This document shows positions 28,845-38,528 of a DNA stretch of 64,000 nucleotides, in pieces. Numbering within the stretch: position 1 is the stretch's first letter; each line of letters opens with the position of its first letter. This DNA comes from Treponemataceae bacterium (GTDB lineage: Bacteria > Spirochaetota > Spirochaetia > Treponematales > Rectinemataceae), in NCBI GenBank assembly GCA_963678065.2, contig CAXXVZ010000004.1:640001-704000 (forward strand). The letters are read 5' to 3'. The notes under the pieces are model-generated. The model had not been told where the DNA came from. It worked only from the letters and a program-made list of their open reading frames with translations, and did no database searches. Both the position numbers and the translations under genes were made by a program.

Positions 28845-29893
28845 CACGCTATCCCTCCGTCCGCCGCCACGCCGCCGGCCGCCGCTCCACCCCGGGCTGC
28901 ATCCGCGGCGACAGTCGCGGCTGTTGTCGCGTTCCAGCACGCCACCGCGCGTCTGTCGCCGTCAAAGGCCACCAGGGGCGGGACCTCCGCCCTGCACCGC
29001 TGTGTCGCCCGGACGCAGCGCGGGCAGAAGGCGCAGCCAGAGGGCATCTCCAGCTGGTTGGGCACCACACCCTCGATCGCCTTGAGCCGCTCGCGCTCGT
29101 CGTCGATCCGCGGTATGGATTCGAGAAGCCCGACCGTGTAGGGGTGCCGCGCGTCCTTGAAGATGTTTCTGACGTCGGCCTTCTCCACGATCTTCCCCGC
29201 GTACATGACGATAACGTCGTCGGCGAGTCCCGCCACCACCCCTAAGTCGTGCGTGATGAGGATGATCGAGGCGCCGAACTCCGAGCGCATCTTCTTCATG
29301 AGGTCGATTATCTGGGCCTGTATGGTCACGTCGAGCGCCGTGGTGGGCTCGTCGGCGATGAGGAGCTTCGAGTTGCAGGACAGGGCCATGGCGATCATGA
29401 CCCGCTGACGCATGCCGCCAGAGAGTTGGTGGGGGTAGGAGTTCAGGCGCTTCTCGGGCATCGGGATTCCGACGCGGGCAAGCATCTCGACTGCCTTCCT
29501 CCTGGCCGCGGCCGCGCCGATATCCTGGTGCAGGAGGATCGCCTCGGCGATCTGCGCGCCCACCGTCATGATGGGGTTCAGGCTCGTCATGGGTTCCTGG
29601 AAGATCATGGAGATATGGTTACCTCTGATGGCCCGCATCTGCTTCTCGCTCTTGCCGAGCAGGTCCTCGCCCTCGAAGACGATGCTGCCGCTCACGATCT
29701 TGCCAGGGGGGTTGGGGATGAGGCGCATGATCGACAGGGAGGCGACGCTCTTTCCGCAGCCCGATTCCCCCACGATGCCGAGCGTTTTGCCCCTTCCGAG
29801 CTCGAAGCCGATCCCGTCCACGGCCTTGACGACGCCTTCCTCCGTCCTGAAGTGCGTTCTCAAGTCCCTCACTTCCAGCAAATTCTCCGCCAC
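28844..29893 (-). CDS. Peptide ABC ATPase (OppD/DppD-like)
   Basis: [16 protein letters not shown] and [11 protein letters not shown]. Start uncertain. Confidence 0.92.
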   Translation of the reverse strand: MAENLLEVRDLRTHFRTEEGVVKAVDGIGFELGRGKTLGIVGESGCGKSVASLSIMRLIPNPPGKIVSGSIVFEGEDLLGKSEKQMRAIRGNHISMIFQEPMTSLNPIMTVGAQIAEAILLHQDIGAAAARRKAVEMLARVGIPMPEKRLNSYPHQLSGGMRQRVMIAMALSCNSKLLIADEPTTALDVTIQAQIIDLMKKMRSEFGASIILITHDLGVVAGLADDVIVMYAGKIVEKADVRNIFKDARHPYTVGLLESIPRIDDERERLKAIEGVVPNQLEMPSGCAFCPRCVRATQRCRAEVPPLVAFDGDRRAVACWNATTAATVAADAARGGAAAGGVAADGGIA

Positions 29894-29982
29894 ACTCCCC
29901 TCCATCATCCGCCCCTTCAATCCATCCGCCGATGCGACGCGCTTCCCCTCCAAACCCGTGACCTGCATGGTTCGGGCGGCTT

Positions 29983-31332
29983 TCAGAGCCTGAGCCCGCC
30001 GAGGACGGCCAGGAGGACGCCGTACTGGATCTGGACGAGGTCGCGAATCGCCACGGTCCCGTAGTCGAGAGCTTCCCCGATCCCGTCCATCAACGAGTCG
30101 ATCCTCGCGTCCAGCTTCCGGTACGCCTCGTCGATGCCGGCGTCGTATTCCTTGGTCAGCTGCGCCTTCAGCGCCCTGCGATACATCGAGATGATGAGCC
30201 CCTGGTAGAACGGACTTATGTATAGGGCGTGCGCCTCCTGGGCCACCGTCGCCTCCTGGGCCATAATCTCGGTGGACATCGCCCAGGCCCTCTCCCCGTC
30301 CTGCCGCTTCAGGATCTGCTCTATGAACGACGCCGAAGCGTCGCGGAACACGGACTCCGCGGTCAGGCGCGGCAAGGTCGCGTCCACGATCTCCTTCGCG
30401 AAGGTCAGGAGCTCGCGGGAGCGCTCCAGTCCCTCCAGGACCACTTCGCCGCGCTTCCTGTCCACCGGCCTCGTGTCGCTTATCTTGGCGGTCTTGAAGT
30501 AGGGCACCTCGGCGATGAGGGTGAAGGGTTTGCTCACCGTCTCCGCGTAGTCCCTGCTGGACCCGCCGCCGAACATGTACTGGGCGGGGTCCCCGGGGGA
30601 AAACTTCTCGAAGTAGTCGTAGGCGTCGCTCGCGAGGTTGGTGGCGTAGACCGCCGGGTACAGCTCCTTGCAGTAGGGTGCCTCAGGCTCCCCTAAGGAG
30701 AGGGGCAGGCCGCGCTCGGTGGGCAGGCGGTGGAAGTCGGCGTAGGCCGCCTCGAGGGGCCGCGAGATGTAGTAGTAGGCCCCTCCGAAACCCGAGTTGT
30801 GCAGCGAGTACATGACTGCGGGGCGGGCGATGTCGATCGCCCTCATGAGCGCCTTCGTCTCGGGGATCGGCTTGTCGAACTTGAAGGTTTTGTATTCAAT
30901 GGGGAAGGTCCATTCGGCCTGGTCGTCGCCCTTCGGTCTGTAGAATTCGCGCGCGTAGTTTCTGAGTGTGTAGGGACCTTTGAACCATCCCTCGTTGCGC
31001 CGCGTCCCGTCGGGGTCGATGCAGGGAACGATGTGCCACGTCCTGCCCTCACACAGCTCGGGGCAGGCCACGAGCTCGTCCAGGAGGAAGTACGCCATCA
31101 TCGCGCCGATCGGCTCGTTCGGGTGCGGCGAGGCGAAGAGGAGGATGGAGGTGGGGCCGTTCCCGATCGTCACCATGGGAATCTTCTCCCCATTCTTGGA
31201 TTCGCCGACGTAGGCTAGGCTGCAGAGCCCAGGCTTCGCCGTCGCCACGCGCCCGGCGTGGGCGTAGAGTTCGTCGGTCCCGTAGAATTCGGTGAAGGCC
31301 GGCACGCGGGAAAGTCGTTCGTCTATAGTCAC
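29983..31332 (-). CDS. M14-family zinc carboxypeptidase
   Basis: HPNE (HxxE), DPDG, SLHN and AEVPY. Confidence 0.8.
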   Translation of the reverse strand: MTIDERLSRVPAFTEFYGTDELYAHAGRVATAKPGLCSLAYVGESKNGEKIPMVTIGNGPTSILLFASPHPNEPIGAMMAYFLLDELVACPELCEGRTWHIVPCIDPDGTRRNEGWFKGPYTLRNYAREFYRPKGDDQAEWTFPIEYKTFKFDKPIPETKALMRAIDIARPAVMYSLHNSGFGGAYYYISRPLEAAYADFHRLPTERGLPLSLGEPEAPYCKELYPAVYATNLASDAYDYFEKFSPGDPAQYMFGGGSSRDYAETVSKPFTLIAEVPYFKTAKISDTRPVDRKRGEVVLEGLERSRELLTFAKEIVDATLPRLTAESVFRDASASFIEQILKRQDGERAWAMSTEIMAQEATVAQEAHALYISPFYQGLIISMYRRALKAQLTKEYDAGIDEAYRKLDARIDSLMDGIGEALDYGTVAIRDLVQIQYGVLLAVLGGLRL

Positions 31333-31343
31333 GGTGTCACTCC

Positions 31344-32216
31344 CTATTTGAGCTGTCTGGAGAGGCGAGGGTCGAGCGTATCGCGCAACGCATCCCCTAT
31401 GAAGTTGAAGCTGAGCACGACGAGAAAAATGCAGAGCCCCGGCCAGAGGATCATGTTGGAGTTGAGGAGGATGTAGTCCTTACCCTCGTTCACCATCGAG
31501 CCCCACTCAGGCGTCGGCGGCTGTACGCCGAAACCGAGGAAGCCGAGCGCGGCCGAGGAGAGTATCGCCCCGGGTATACCCAGAGTCGCTTGCACGATGA
31601 TGGGCGTGATCGTGTTGGGCATGATGTGCCTGAAGATGATCCGCGCGTCGCTGCAGCCCGTGGCCCGGGCGGCCTGGATGTACTCGATCTTCCTCAGCGA
31701 GAGCACCTGCGCCCTCACGAGCCTGGCGTAGCTGGGCCAGTGCACGAGACCGAGCACCCACATGACGTTGAATATGCTCGGCCCCAGGATGGCCATCACC
31801 GCGATGACCAGTATGAGGAAGGGGAAGGAGTAGAAGACCTCGACGAGCCGCATCACGGTGAAGTCCACCCAGCCGCCGTAGTAGCCCGAAAGAAGGCCGA
31901 GCACCGTCCCGACGACGGCGGCCAGCGCGACCACGACGATGCCGATGAGGAGCGAGATGCGGGCCCCGTACGCGAGGCGGGAGAAGGTGTCGCGCCCGAA
32001 GTTGTCGGTGCCCAGGAGGTGCCCCCCACTCCCCGCAGGGAGGAAGGCGCTGCCGAGATCCATGGCGTAGGGGTCGAAGCGCACCAGAGACGGGGCGAAG
32101 ACCGCGACGACGATGAAGGCGAACAAGGCGGCGAGACCGACGATGCCCAGCTTGTGGCGCGCGAAGACTCTAAGGAGGCGGGGCGCTCCGGAGTGGTTGG
32201 TGTCTTTCTTTTTCAT
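31344..32216 (-). CDS. Peptide ABC permease (DppC-like)
   Basis: HLLGTDNFGRD, YARLVRAQVL and QPPTPEWG. Confidence 0.92.
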   Translation of the reverse strand: MKKKDTNHSGAPRLLRVFARHKLGIVGLAALFAFIVVAVFAPSLVRFDPYAMDLGSAFLPAGSGGHLLGTDNFGRDTFSRLAYGARISLLIGIVVVALAAVVGTVLGLLSGYYGGWVDFTVMRLVEVFYSFPFLILVIAVMAILGPSIFNVMWVLGLVHWPSYARLVRAQVLSLRKIEYIQAARATGCSDARIIFRHIMPNTITPIIVQATLGIPGAILSSAALGFLGFGVQPPTPEWGSMVNEGKDYILLNSNMILWPGLCIFLVVLSFNFIGDALRDTLDPRLSRQLK

Positions 32217-32217
32217 G

Positions 32218-33165
32218 TCAGTCGTACCTGATCCTCGGATCCACGAAGACGTACAAGATGTCCACGAGGAGCATCACCGCCACGAAGGAAACCGCAAACA
32301 CGAGCACCGTCCCCTGGATGAGGGGCAGATCTCTGAACTTGACGGCGTTCATGGCCAGCATCCCCAGGCCAGGCAGCGAAAATATTGTCTCGATGATGAC
32401 TGCGCCTCCCAGGAGCGAGCCGAACTGCATGCCGAAGGTGGTGAGTATCGGCAGGAAGGCGTTCGGAAACGCGTGTCTGAAGAGGACGCCGATCTCGCTC
32501 TGTCCCTTCGCCCGGGCCGTCCTCGCAAAGTCCTGGCCGAGGGCTTCGATCATGCAGGCGCGCGTGAGGCGCGTGAGAATGCCTGCCATACTGCTGCCCA
32601 GGGTCACCGATGGCAGGATGAGATAGCGGAGCTGTTTGAGGAGAGTCGCGTCGTAGGAAGGGAGCCCCCGGATCGGCAGCCATCCCAGTTTGAGGCCGAA
32701 GAAGAGTATGAGAAGGAGTCCGAGATAGAATGACGGCATCGAGACTCCCACGAGGGCGATCGCCGTAGCGGAGTAGTCGAAGGCCGACCTGCGTTTCGCC
32801 GCCGCGAGTACCCCCAGAGGGATGGCGATAAGAAGGGAAATGAGACTGGAGAAGAGGGTCAGTCTGAAGGTATTGCCAATCTTTTCTCCTATCATCTCGG
32901 CCACGGGGCGGTTGAACTGTATCGACCTCCCCATGTCCCCCTTCAAAAGCCTCCCCAGGTAGAGACCGTACTGTGCATACCAGGGGCGATCGAGGCCGAG
33001 TTCGGCCTTGAGTTTCGCTACGTTCTCCACATTGACCGACTCGTTGCTCAGCATGAGACTTATCGAATCACCAGGGGCGAAGGAGACCATCGCGAAGACA
33101 ATGAAAGAGATGCCAACGAGGACCGGGATAGTCGTCAAGATCCTCCGCGCGAGATATTTTCCCAT
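32218..33165 (-). CDS. Peptide ABC permease (DppB-like)
   Basis: LGLDRPWYAQY, RTARAKG and ETIFSLPGLG. Confidence 0.92.
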   Translation of the reverse strand: MGKYLARRILTTIPVLVGISFIVFAMVSFAPGDSISLMLSNESVNVENVAKLKAELGLDRPWYAQYGLYLGRLLKGDMGRSIQFNRPVAEMIGEKIGNTFRLTLFSSLISLLIAIPLGVLAAAKRRSAFDYSATAIALVGVSMPSFYLGLLLILFFGLKLGWLPIRGLPSYDATLLKQLRYLILPSVTLGSSMAGILTRLTRACMIEALGQDFARTARAKGQSEIGVLFRHAFPNAFLPILTTFGMQFGSLLGGAVIIETIFSLPGLGMLAMNAVKFRDLPLIQGTVLVFAVSFVAVMLLVDILYVFVDPRIRYD

Positions 33166-33251
33166 TCTTCCTCTCCAAGCCTATAGACACGACCACGGGG
33201 CAAGAAACCTGCCCCATGATCGCGTCTATAGAAGTGAACCGATGGATCGAC

Positions 33252-34832
33252 TTATTTGCTGAGCCAGACGTTGTTCTCGGTGGAGACGAGGTTCAGGCCG
33301 CCCCAGGGAGGGACGAAGTCCACGACCTTCTTGCTTACGACCGAGTAGCTGAACTCGAAGTAGAGCGGTATGCCGACCGTGTCCTGGAACACCAGGCGCT
33401 GGGCCTTCTTCCAGAGGGCAGAGAGCTCGTCGTACTTGATCTTCGTCAATGCATCGTCCAAAAGCTTGTTGACCTCGGGGTTGTTGTAGTAGTGCGTGTT
33501 CGCGGAGCCGATCATGCTGCCATGGAAGAGTGAATGGAACCCTGTCGTGCCTGCGAAGCTGTAGTCGAAGAACATGGTAGTGTTGCCCTTGACGAGATCG
33601 TCGGCCCAGACCGCGGTGTCTTGGGTGAGCACGCTCGCGTTGATGCCCTTCTCGCGCATCTGGGTGGCGAGGATGGTCAGCGCCTTCACTTGGGAGCCGG
33701 CGAGTGTCTTGATCTCGATCTTGAAGGGCTTGTCGTTGTACTCGAGGAATCCGTCGCCATTGCCGTCCTTGAAGCCGTTGGCCGCCAAGATCTTGAGCCC
33801 CTGCGCAGGATCGTAGCTCCAGAGATTCTTGAGCGAGGGGTCGTAGCCGAAGGGGACCCAGGGCGGAACCTGGCCGTACGCGCGCTCGCCGTGGTTCCCG
33901 ATCACCGCCTTGTACGCTGAATCGATGTCCAGGAGCATCGAGAGTGCCTTGCGGACCGCGGGGTTGTTGTAGGGCGCGACAGTCACGTTGAAGCCGATAC
34001 CGCGGTACGAGCCGCCGCCGGACTTGATCACGTCGAACTTCGCGTTCTTCTCGAAGCTGTCGGCCATCTCGAGGTTGAAGAGGTGCTTGATCACGTCGAT
34101 CTCGCCCGACTGCAGGGCGATAGTCTGTGCCAGGGGATCGGGGATCACCACGAACTCCACCGCGTCGAGGTAGACGGGGAGGCGGTACGAGGAATTCTTG
34201 ACCAGGAGGAGGCCCGAGTCGGGGGAGAAGCTCTTGAACTTGAAGGCGCCGGTGCCGATCGGGTACTTGGCGAAGCCATCCTCGCCCAGCTTGTCGATAG
34301 CCTCCTTCGGGATGATGCAGGCGCGGCAGAGTCTGTTGGGGTCGTTGACCAGGAAGGGCTGCGGCGTCTTGGTGGTGATCTCGACCGTGTAGCGGTCGAG
34401 CGCCTTCACGCCGGTGACAGGGCCCAGGGTCCAGGCGGTGCTTGTCTTCATCATGAAGTCGATGGAGTAAACGACGTCATCGGCGGTGACTTCCCTCCGT
34501 GTGCCCTTGGGAAAAACCGGGTTGTCGTCGTGGAAGAGCACGCCCTTGCGGATCGAGAAGACCCAGGTGAGGGGGTCGGGGTTCTTCCAGCTCTCGGCGA
34601 GGGATGGGATCGGTTTGAAGTCATCCTTGGAGAGAATGAAGAGTGAGTCGAAGATGACACTCTGGGCGTCGGTGATGTCGTTCGCGGCGGTCTTGTAGAG
34701 CTGGAGGCTCTGCAGACTCGAGGCCGCGATCTTCAGAGTGCCGCCCGACCGGGGTGTGGCCCCGAAGGCGGCCGACGACAGGCCCAGCAACATTGCGACC
34801 AAAGCGAACCGGATGAACGCTTTCCTGTACAA
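33252..34832 (-). CDS. Peptide/nickel ABC binding protein (family 5)
   Basis: PSLAESW, TADDVVYS, PIGTGAFKF and VRKALS. TTG start after AGGAGGT. Confidence 0.9.
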   Translation of the reverse strand: MYRKAFIRFALVAMLLGLSSAAFGATPRSGGTLKIAASSLQSLQLYKTAANDITDAQSVIFDSLFILSKDDFKPIPSLAESWKNPDPLTWVFSIRKGVLFHDDNPVFPKGTRREVTADDVVYSIDFMMKTSTAWTLGPVTGVKALDRYTVEITTKTPQPFLVNDPNRLCRACIIPKEAIDKLGEDGFAKYPIGTGAFKFKSFSPDSGLLLVKNSSYRLPVYLDAVEFVVIPDPLAQTIALQSGEIDVIKHLFNLEMADSFEKNAKFDVIKSGGGSYRGIGFNVTVAPYNNPAVRKALSMLLDIDSAYKAVIGNHGERAYGQVPPWVPFGYDPSLKNLWSYDPAQGLKILAANGFKDGNGDGFLEYNDKPFKIEIKTLAGSQVKALTILATQMREKGINASVLTQDTAVWADDLVKGNTTMFFDYSFAGTTGFHSLFHGSMIGSANTHYYNNPEVNKLLDDALTKIKYDELSALWKKAQRLVFQDTVGIPLYFEFSYSVVSKKVVDFVPPWGGLNLVSTENNVWLSK

Positions 34833-35117
34833 TTCGAGACCTCCTGACGATCGATATGCGGCGTCCCGCGCCGCGTGGAACCCTGTGAGTATGCCTCTTT
34901 GCCGTTGAAAAACCAAACAAGTCGGGCTGATTTCAGAGGGATACCCAAAAGCTCGCTTATTTTTTGTTGGCTCCTGTCTTCTTATAATGGAGCCACGCGA
35001 TTCATGCGACCATCGATTTGTTCAAATATTCATTGATGTGTGCATTGTCTACTCCGGCTGTTTGTCCTGTCAAGCACGATTTGCAAGAAAGGCTTCAAAT
35101 CTGACTGGGAGATACCA

Positions 35118-35153
35118 AAAAGCGGGACCGGGCAGAAGCCCGGTCCCGCTTTT
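35118..35153. terminator. Bidirectional-type intrinsic terminator after kduD
   Basis: AAAAGCGGGACCGGGC-AGAA-GCCCGGTCCCGCTTTT, a perfect stem. Confidence 0.85.
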
Positions 35154-35212
35154 CAGACGCGATGAATGAACGATCTCGCAGCATACCGTGGGGTAAGCTG
35201 CCCCCTGCGGGA

Positions 35213-35983
35213 TCAGCGGCCCAGCCAGCCCCCGTCGACGGCGATGGTGTAGCCGTTGACATAGTCGGAAGCCTTCGACGCCAGGAACACCACGGCGCCC
35301 CCGACATCCTCAGGCGTACCCCAGCGTCCGGCGGGAATCCGGGCGAGGATTTCGCTGGAGCGCTGTTCATCGGCGCGGAGATTCGCGGTGTTGTCCGTGG
35401 CCATGTAGCCGGGGGCTATGGCGTTGACGTTGATGCCGTACTTGGCCCACTCGTTCGCCATCGTCATGGTGATGCCCTTCACGCCGCTCTTGGAGGCAGT
35501 GTAGGAGGGAACGCGGATGCCGCCCTGGTAGGAGAGCATCGAGGCGACGCTGACGATCTTGCCGCCCGATTTCTGGGCGATGAACTGGCGCGCGACAGCC
35601 TGGGAGAGAAAGAATACGGTCTTGATGTTGATGTTCATGACATCGTCCCATTCCTTCTCGGTGAAGTCGGTGGAATCGTTGCGCGTGATTATCCCCGCGT
35701 TGTTGACGAGGATGTCGATGCGGCCGAACTCCTTGAGCGCGGTCGCGATGATGCGGCCGACCGGTTCGATGCTCATGAGGTTGGCCTGGACGTGCACGTA
35801 GCGCCTGCCCGCGGCCGCGACGGCGGCGGCCGTCTCCGGCGCCGAGTCGGGGTAGGTCACGCCGACGATGTCGGCTCCTGCCTGTGCGAGGGCCGTCGCC
35901 ATGCCCTTTCCGAGTCCGCGCTCGGCGCCGGTCACGATCGCCACTTTCCCGTCGAGCCTGAAACTGTCCAATACTCCTGCCAT
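35213..35983 (-). CDS. kduD: 2-dehydro-3-deoxy-D-gluconate 5-dehydrogenase
   Basis: SDR with ASMLSYQGGIRVPSYTASK and NAIAPGYMATDNT. Next to kduI. Confidence 0.93.
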   Translation of the reverse strand: MAGVLDSFRLDGKVAIVTGAERGLGKGMATALAQAGADIVGVTYPDSAPETAAAVAAAGRRYVHVQANLMSIEPVGRIIATALKEFGRIDILVNNAGIITRNDSTDFTEKEWDDVMNINIKTVFFLSQAVARQFIAQKSGGKIVSVASMLSYQGGIRVPSYTASKSGVKGITMTMANEWAKYGINVNAIAPGYMATDNTANLRADEQRSSEILARIPAGRWGTPEDVGGAVVFLASKASDYVNGYTIAVDGGWLGR

Positions 35984-36089
35984 TGTTTTCTCCTGTAACA
36001 TGCCGCGCCATATAGGAGGCGGGGTCGGACCCCGTCAGTCATCCGGCGGCATGCGATTCCGGGGCGGAGGTGGCCGCCCCCGGCTGCGT

Positions 36090-36926
36090 TTACCGAAGCT
36101 CCGAGGGCTTCAGGTTGTCCATGTCGTCGAAGGTCTGGTTCTCTCCGGCCATGGCCCAGATGAAGGTGTACTTTCCCGTGCCGACGCCCGAGTGGATGGA
36201 CCAGGAGGGCGAGATGACGGCTTCCTCGTTCCCCATCACGATGTGGCGGGTCTCGGCGGGCTGACCGTGCATGTGGAAAACCTTCGTCGATTCATCCATG
36301 TCGAAGTAAAGATAGACTTCCATGCGGCGCTCATGGGTGTGGGGCGGGAAGGTGTTCCAGACCGAGCCGGGCTCGAGGAGGGTCATGCCCATGACGAGCT
36401 GGCAGCTCTTGCAGACAGCCGGGTGGACGTACTGGTAGATCGTGCGGACATTGCAGCTCTCTACGGCGCCGAGCTTGCGCGGGTTGGCCTTGGAAAATTC
36501 GATCTTGACTGTGGGGTGCTTTTCGTGCGCGGGGCAGCTCACGAGGTAGAACTTGGCGGGGGCCGCGAGGTCGGCGCTCTCGAAGGAGACCTTCTCTGTG
36601 CCCTTGCCGACGTACATGCCGTCGCCGCGGACCATGTCGAAGGAGAGTCCGTCCAGAGTGATGCGTCCGGCTCCGCCGATGTTGATGATGCCGAGCTCGC
36701 GGCGGTCGAGGAAGTTGGGCGTGCCGAATTCCTTGCCGGCTACAAGCTCGAGGGCCGCGCCCGAGGGAGTCGCCCCGCCGAAAACGACGCGGTCGACGTG
36801 GCTGTAGGTCAGGTTGAGCTCACCGGGGACAAAGAGGTTCTGCGCGAGAAAATGCCTGCGCATGGTCTCCGTGTCGTAGTGCTTCATGTCCTCGGGGTGG
36901 TTGGAATAGCGGATGTCGAGATTCAT
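36090..36926 (-). CDS. kduI: 5-dehydro-4-deoxy-D-glucuronate isomerase
   Basis: YSHVDR, RRELGIINIGG, WNTFPPHTHERRMEVY and SPSWSIHSG. Confidence 0.95.
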   Translation of the reverse strand: MNLDIRYSNHPEDMKHYDTETMRRHFLAQNLFVPGELNLTYSHVDRVVFGGATPSGAALELVAGKEFGTPNFLDRRELGIINIGGAGRITLDGLSFDMVRGDGMYVGKGTEKVSFESADLAAPAKFYLVSCPAHEKHPTVKIEFSKANPRKLGAVESCNVRTIYQYVHPAVCKSCQLVMGMTLLEPGSVWNTFPPHTHERRMEVYLYFDMDESTKVFHMHGQPAETRHIVMGNEEAVISPSWSIHSGVGTGKYTFIWAMAGENQTFDDMDNLKPSELR

Positions 36927-37011
36927 GGTTCCTCCATATTTCGGGCCGGGCGAAGCGGCCGCTTCGCAAGAACCGCCCTGCGGTATTCAGTCGATCCGGA
37001 CTGCAAGACGG

Positions 37012-37347
37012 TCAGGCAAGGAAATCCTGCCGTTGCGGCGTAAAAACGTCGAGAAGCGTGCCCGCCGAGAGGCAGGTGGTCCCGTGCCTCGCGCCCGCGG
37101 GCAGGTAGACGCTGTCGCCGGGCCCGAGTTCGATGGTTTCATCTTCCACCGTATACGTGAATCTGCCGGAAAGACAGTAGGAAACCTGTTCGTGGGGGTG
37201 GCTGTGGGAAGCCCCCACTCCGCCCGTCGCAAAAATGACTTCCACTGTCATGAGAGCGCCGCCGTGAGCCTTGATCCTTCGACTCACTTTACCCGGATCG
37301 ACGATCGTGACAGGGCAGGAGCGGTCCGGAAAAAACACTTCCGACAT
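37012..37347 (-). CDS. kdgF: Cupin, pectin degradation protein KdgF
   Basis: HSHPHEQ...HG...LLDVFTPQRQDFL. Confidence 0.85.
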   Translation of the reverse strand: MSEVFFPDRSCPVTIVDPGKVSRRIKAHGGALMTVEVIFATGGVGASHSHPHEQVSYCLSGRFTYTVEDETIELGPGDSVYLPAGARHGTTCLSAGTLLDVFTPQRQDFLA

Positions 37348-37357
37348 GTATGTCCTC

Positions 37358-38392
37358 CTATCTGCTGACTCGGCCCGATCCGTCGCCGGAGGCAAGTTTT
37401 TCGACTTCGGATCTCGTCACGAGGTTGAAGTCGCCGGGGATCGTGTGCTTGAGGGCCGAGGCGGCTACCGCGTACTCGAGAGCCTTCGCCTCGTCGCCGT
37501 ACTCCAGCATACCGAAAATGAGACCCGCGCCGAAAGAGTCACCGCCGCCCACCCGGTCGACGATATCGTCGATCGAGTAGGATTTCGAAACACGGAAGCC
37601 GTCATGCCCGAGGAGGGCGGCCGACCAGCCATTGCGGTCGGCGGACTTGCTCTCGCGGAGGGTGATCGCGATGCGGGAAAGATTGGGGAAGGCAGTCTTC
37701 GTCTTTTCGGCGAGGGCCTTGTACACCTCGGAGGAGAGGTGGCCGCCGGCCGGATCGGCGCCTTCCGCCGTGATACCGAGGGCGAGCTGGATATCTTCCT
37801 CGTTCGCGATGAGGAGGTCGGCGAGGGCGACGAGGCGCTTCATCATGTCCGAAGCCTTCACGCCGTAATTCCAGAGCTTCTTGCGGTAGTTCAGGTCGAC
37901 GGAGACGGTGACGCCCGCGGCCCGCGCGGCTTCGGCGGCCTCGATGCAGGCTTCCGCGGCCGAAAGGGAGAGCGCCGGCGTGATGCCCGTGAAGTGGAAC
38001 CAATCCGCGCCCGTGAAGACGCGCGCCCAGTCGAAATCGCCGGGCTTCATCGCTGAGGCCGCGCTGCCCGCCCTGTCGTAGACGACGAGCGAGGCCCGCT
38101 GATCCGCGCCGGTCTCAAGGTAATAGATCCCAGTTCTGCCGCCAGAGGTCCTTTTCACGAAGGAGCAGTCCACGCCGAATGCCCTGAGGGAGCGCAGCGC
38201 AGCCTCGCCCACGGAATCGGCCGGCAGCGCCGACACGAATACGCCCTGCATGCCGAAATTGCACAGGGAGACGGCCACATTGGCCTCTCCGCCGCCGAAG
38301 GTCGCTTCAAGGGCGGGAGACTGGAATAGCCGCTCGTGGCCGGGCGACTTGAGTCTGAGCATGATCTCTCCGAAAGTCACTATCCTTTTCAT
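37358..38392 (-). CDS. kdgK: 2-dehydro-3-deoxygluconokinase (PfkB family)
   Basis: FGEIMLRL, GGGEANVA, DLNYRKKLW and DRVGGGDSF. Confidence 0.9.
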   Translation of the reverse strand: MKRIVTFGEIMLRLKSPGHERLFQSPALEATFGGGEANVAVSLCNFGMQGVFVSALPADSVGEAALRSLRAFGVDCSFVKRTSGGRTGIYYLETGADQRASLVVYDRAGSAASAMKPGDFDWARVFTGADWFHFTGITPALSLSAAEACIEAAEAARAAGVTVSVDLNYRKKLWNYGVKASDMMKRLVALADLLIANEEDIQLALGITAEGADPAGGHLSSEVYKALAEKTKTAFPNLSRIAITLRESKSADRNGWSAALLGHDGFRVSKSYSIDDIVDRVGGGDSFGAGLIFGMLEYGDEAKALEYAVAASALKHTIPGDFNLVTRSEVEKLASGDGSGRVSR

Positions 38393-38432
38393 TGCCGTCA
38401 TCTCCCCTGTTTTTTTCATTGTAGCACTGAGG

Positions 38433-38471
38433 AATGAAACATGCAACATATTTTCGGAATGATGTTCCATT
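38433..38471. promoter_or_regulatory. Putative KdgR sites in the divergent kdgK/kdgA promoter
   Basis: AATGAAACA at 38433-38441, and minus-strand AATGGAACATCATTCCGAA at 38471-38453, which shares AATGGAAC with the 20850 site. Confidence 0.55.
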
Positions 38472-38528
38472 TTAACAAATACCATGTTATCATGTCGAAA
38501 GAAATTCGTAATCGCCGGAGGTATGCGC

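Noticed and set aside
34833..35075. T-box, SAM, lysine or glycine riboswitch ahead of the peptide ABC operon
   Set aside because: I could not find the diagnostic motifs or a leader terminator with a U-tract. Kept only as an unassigned structured leader.
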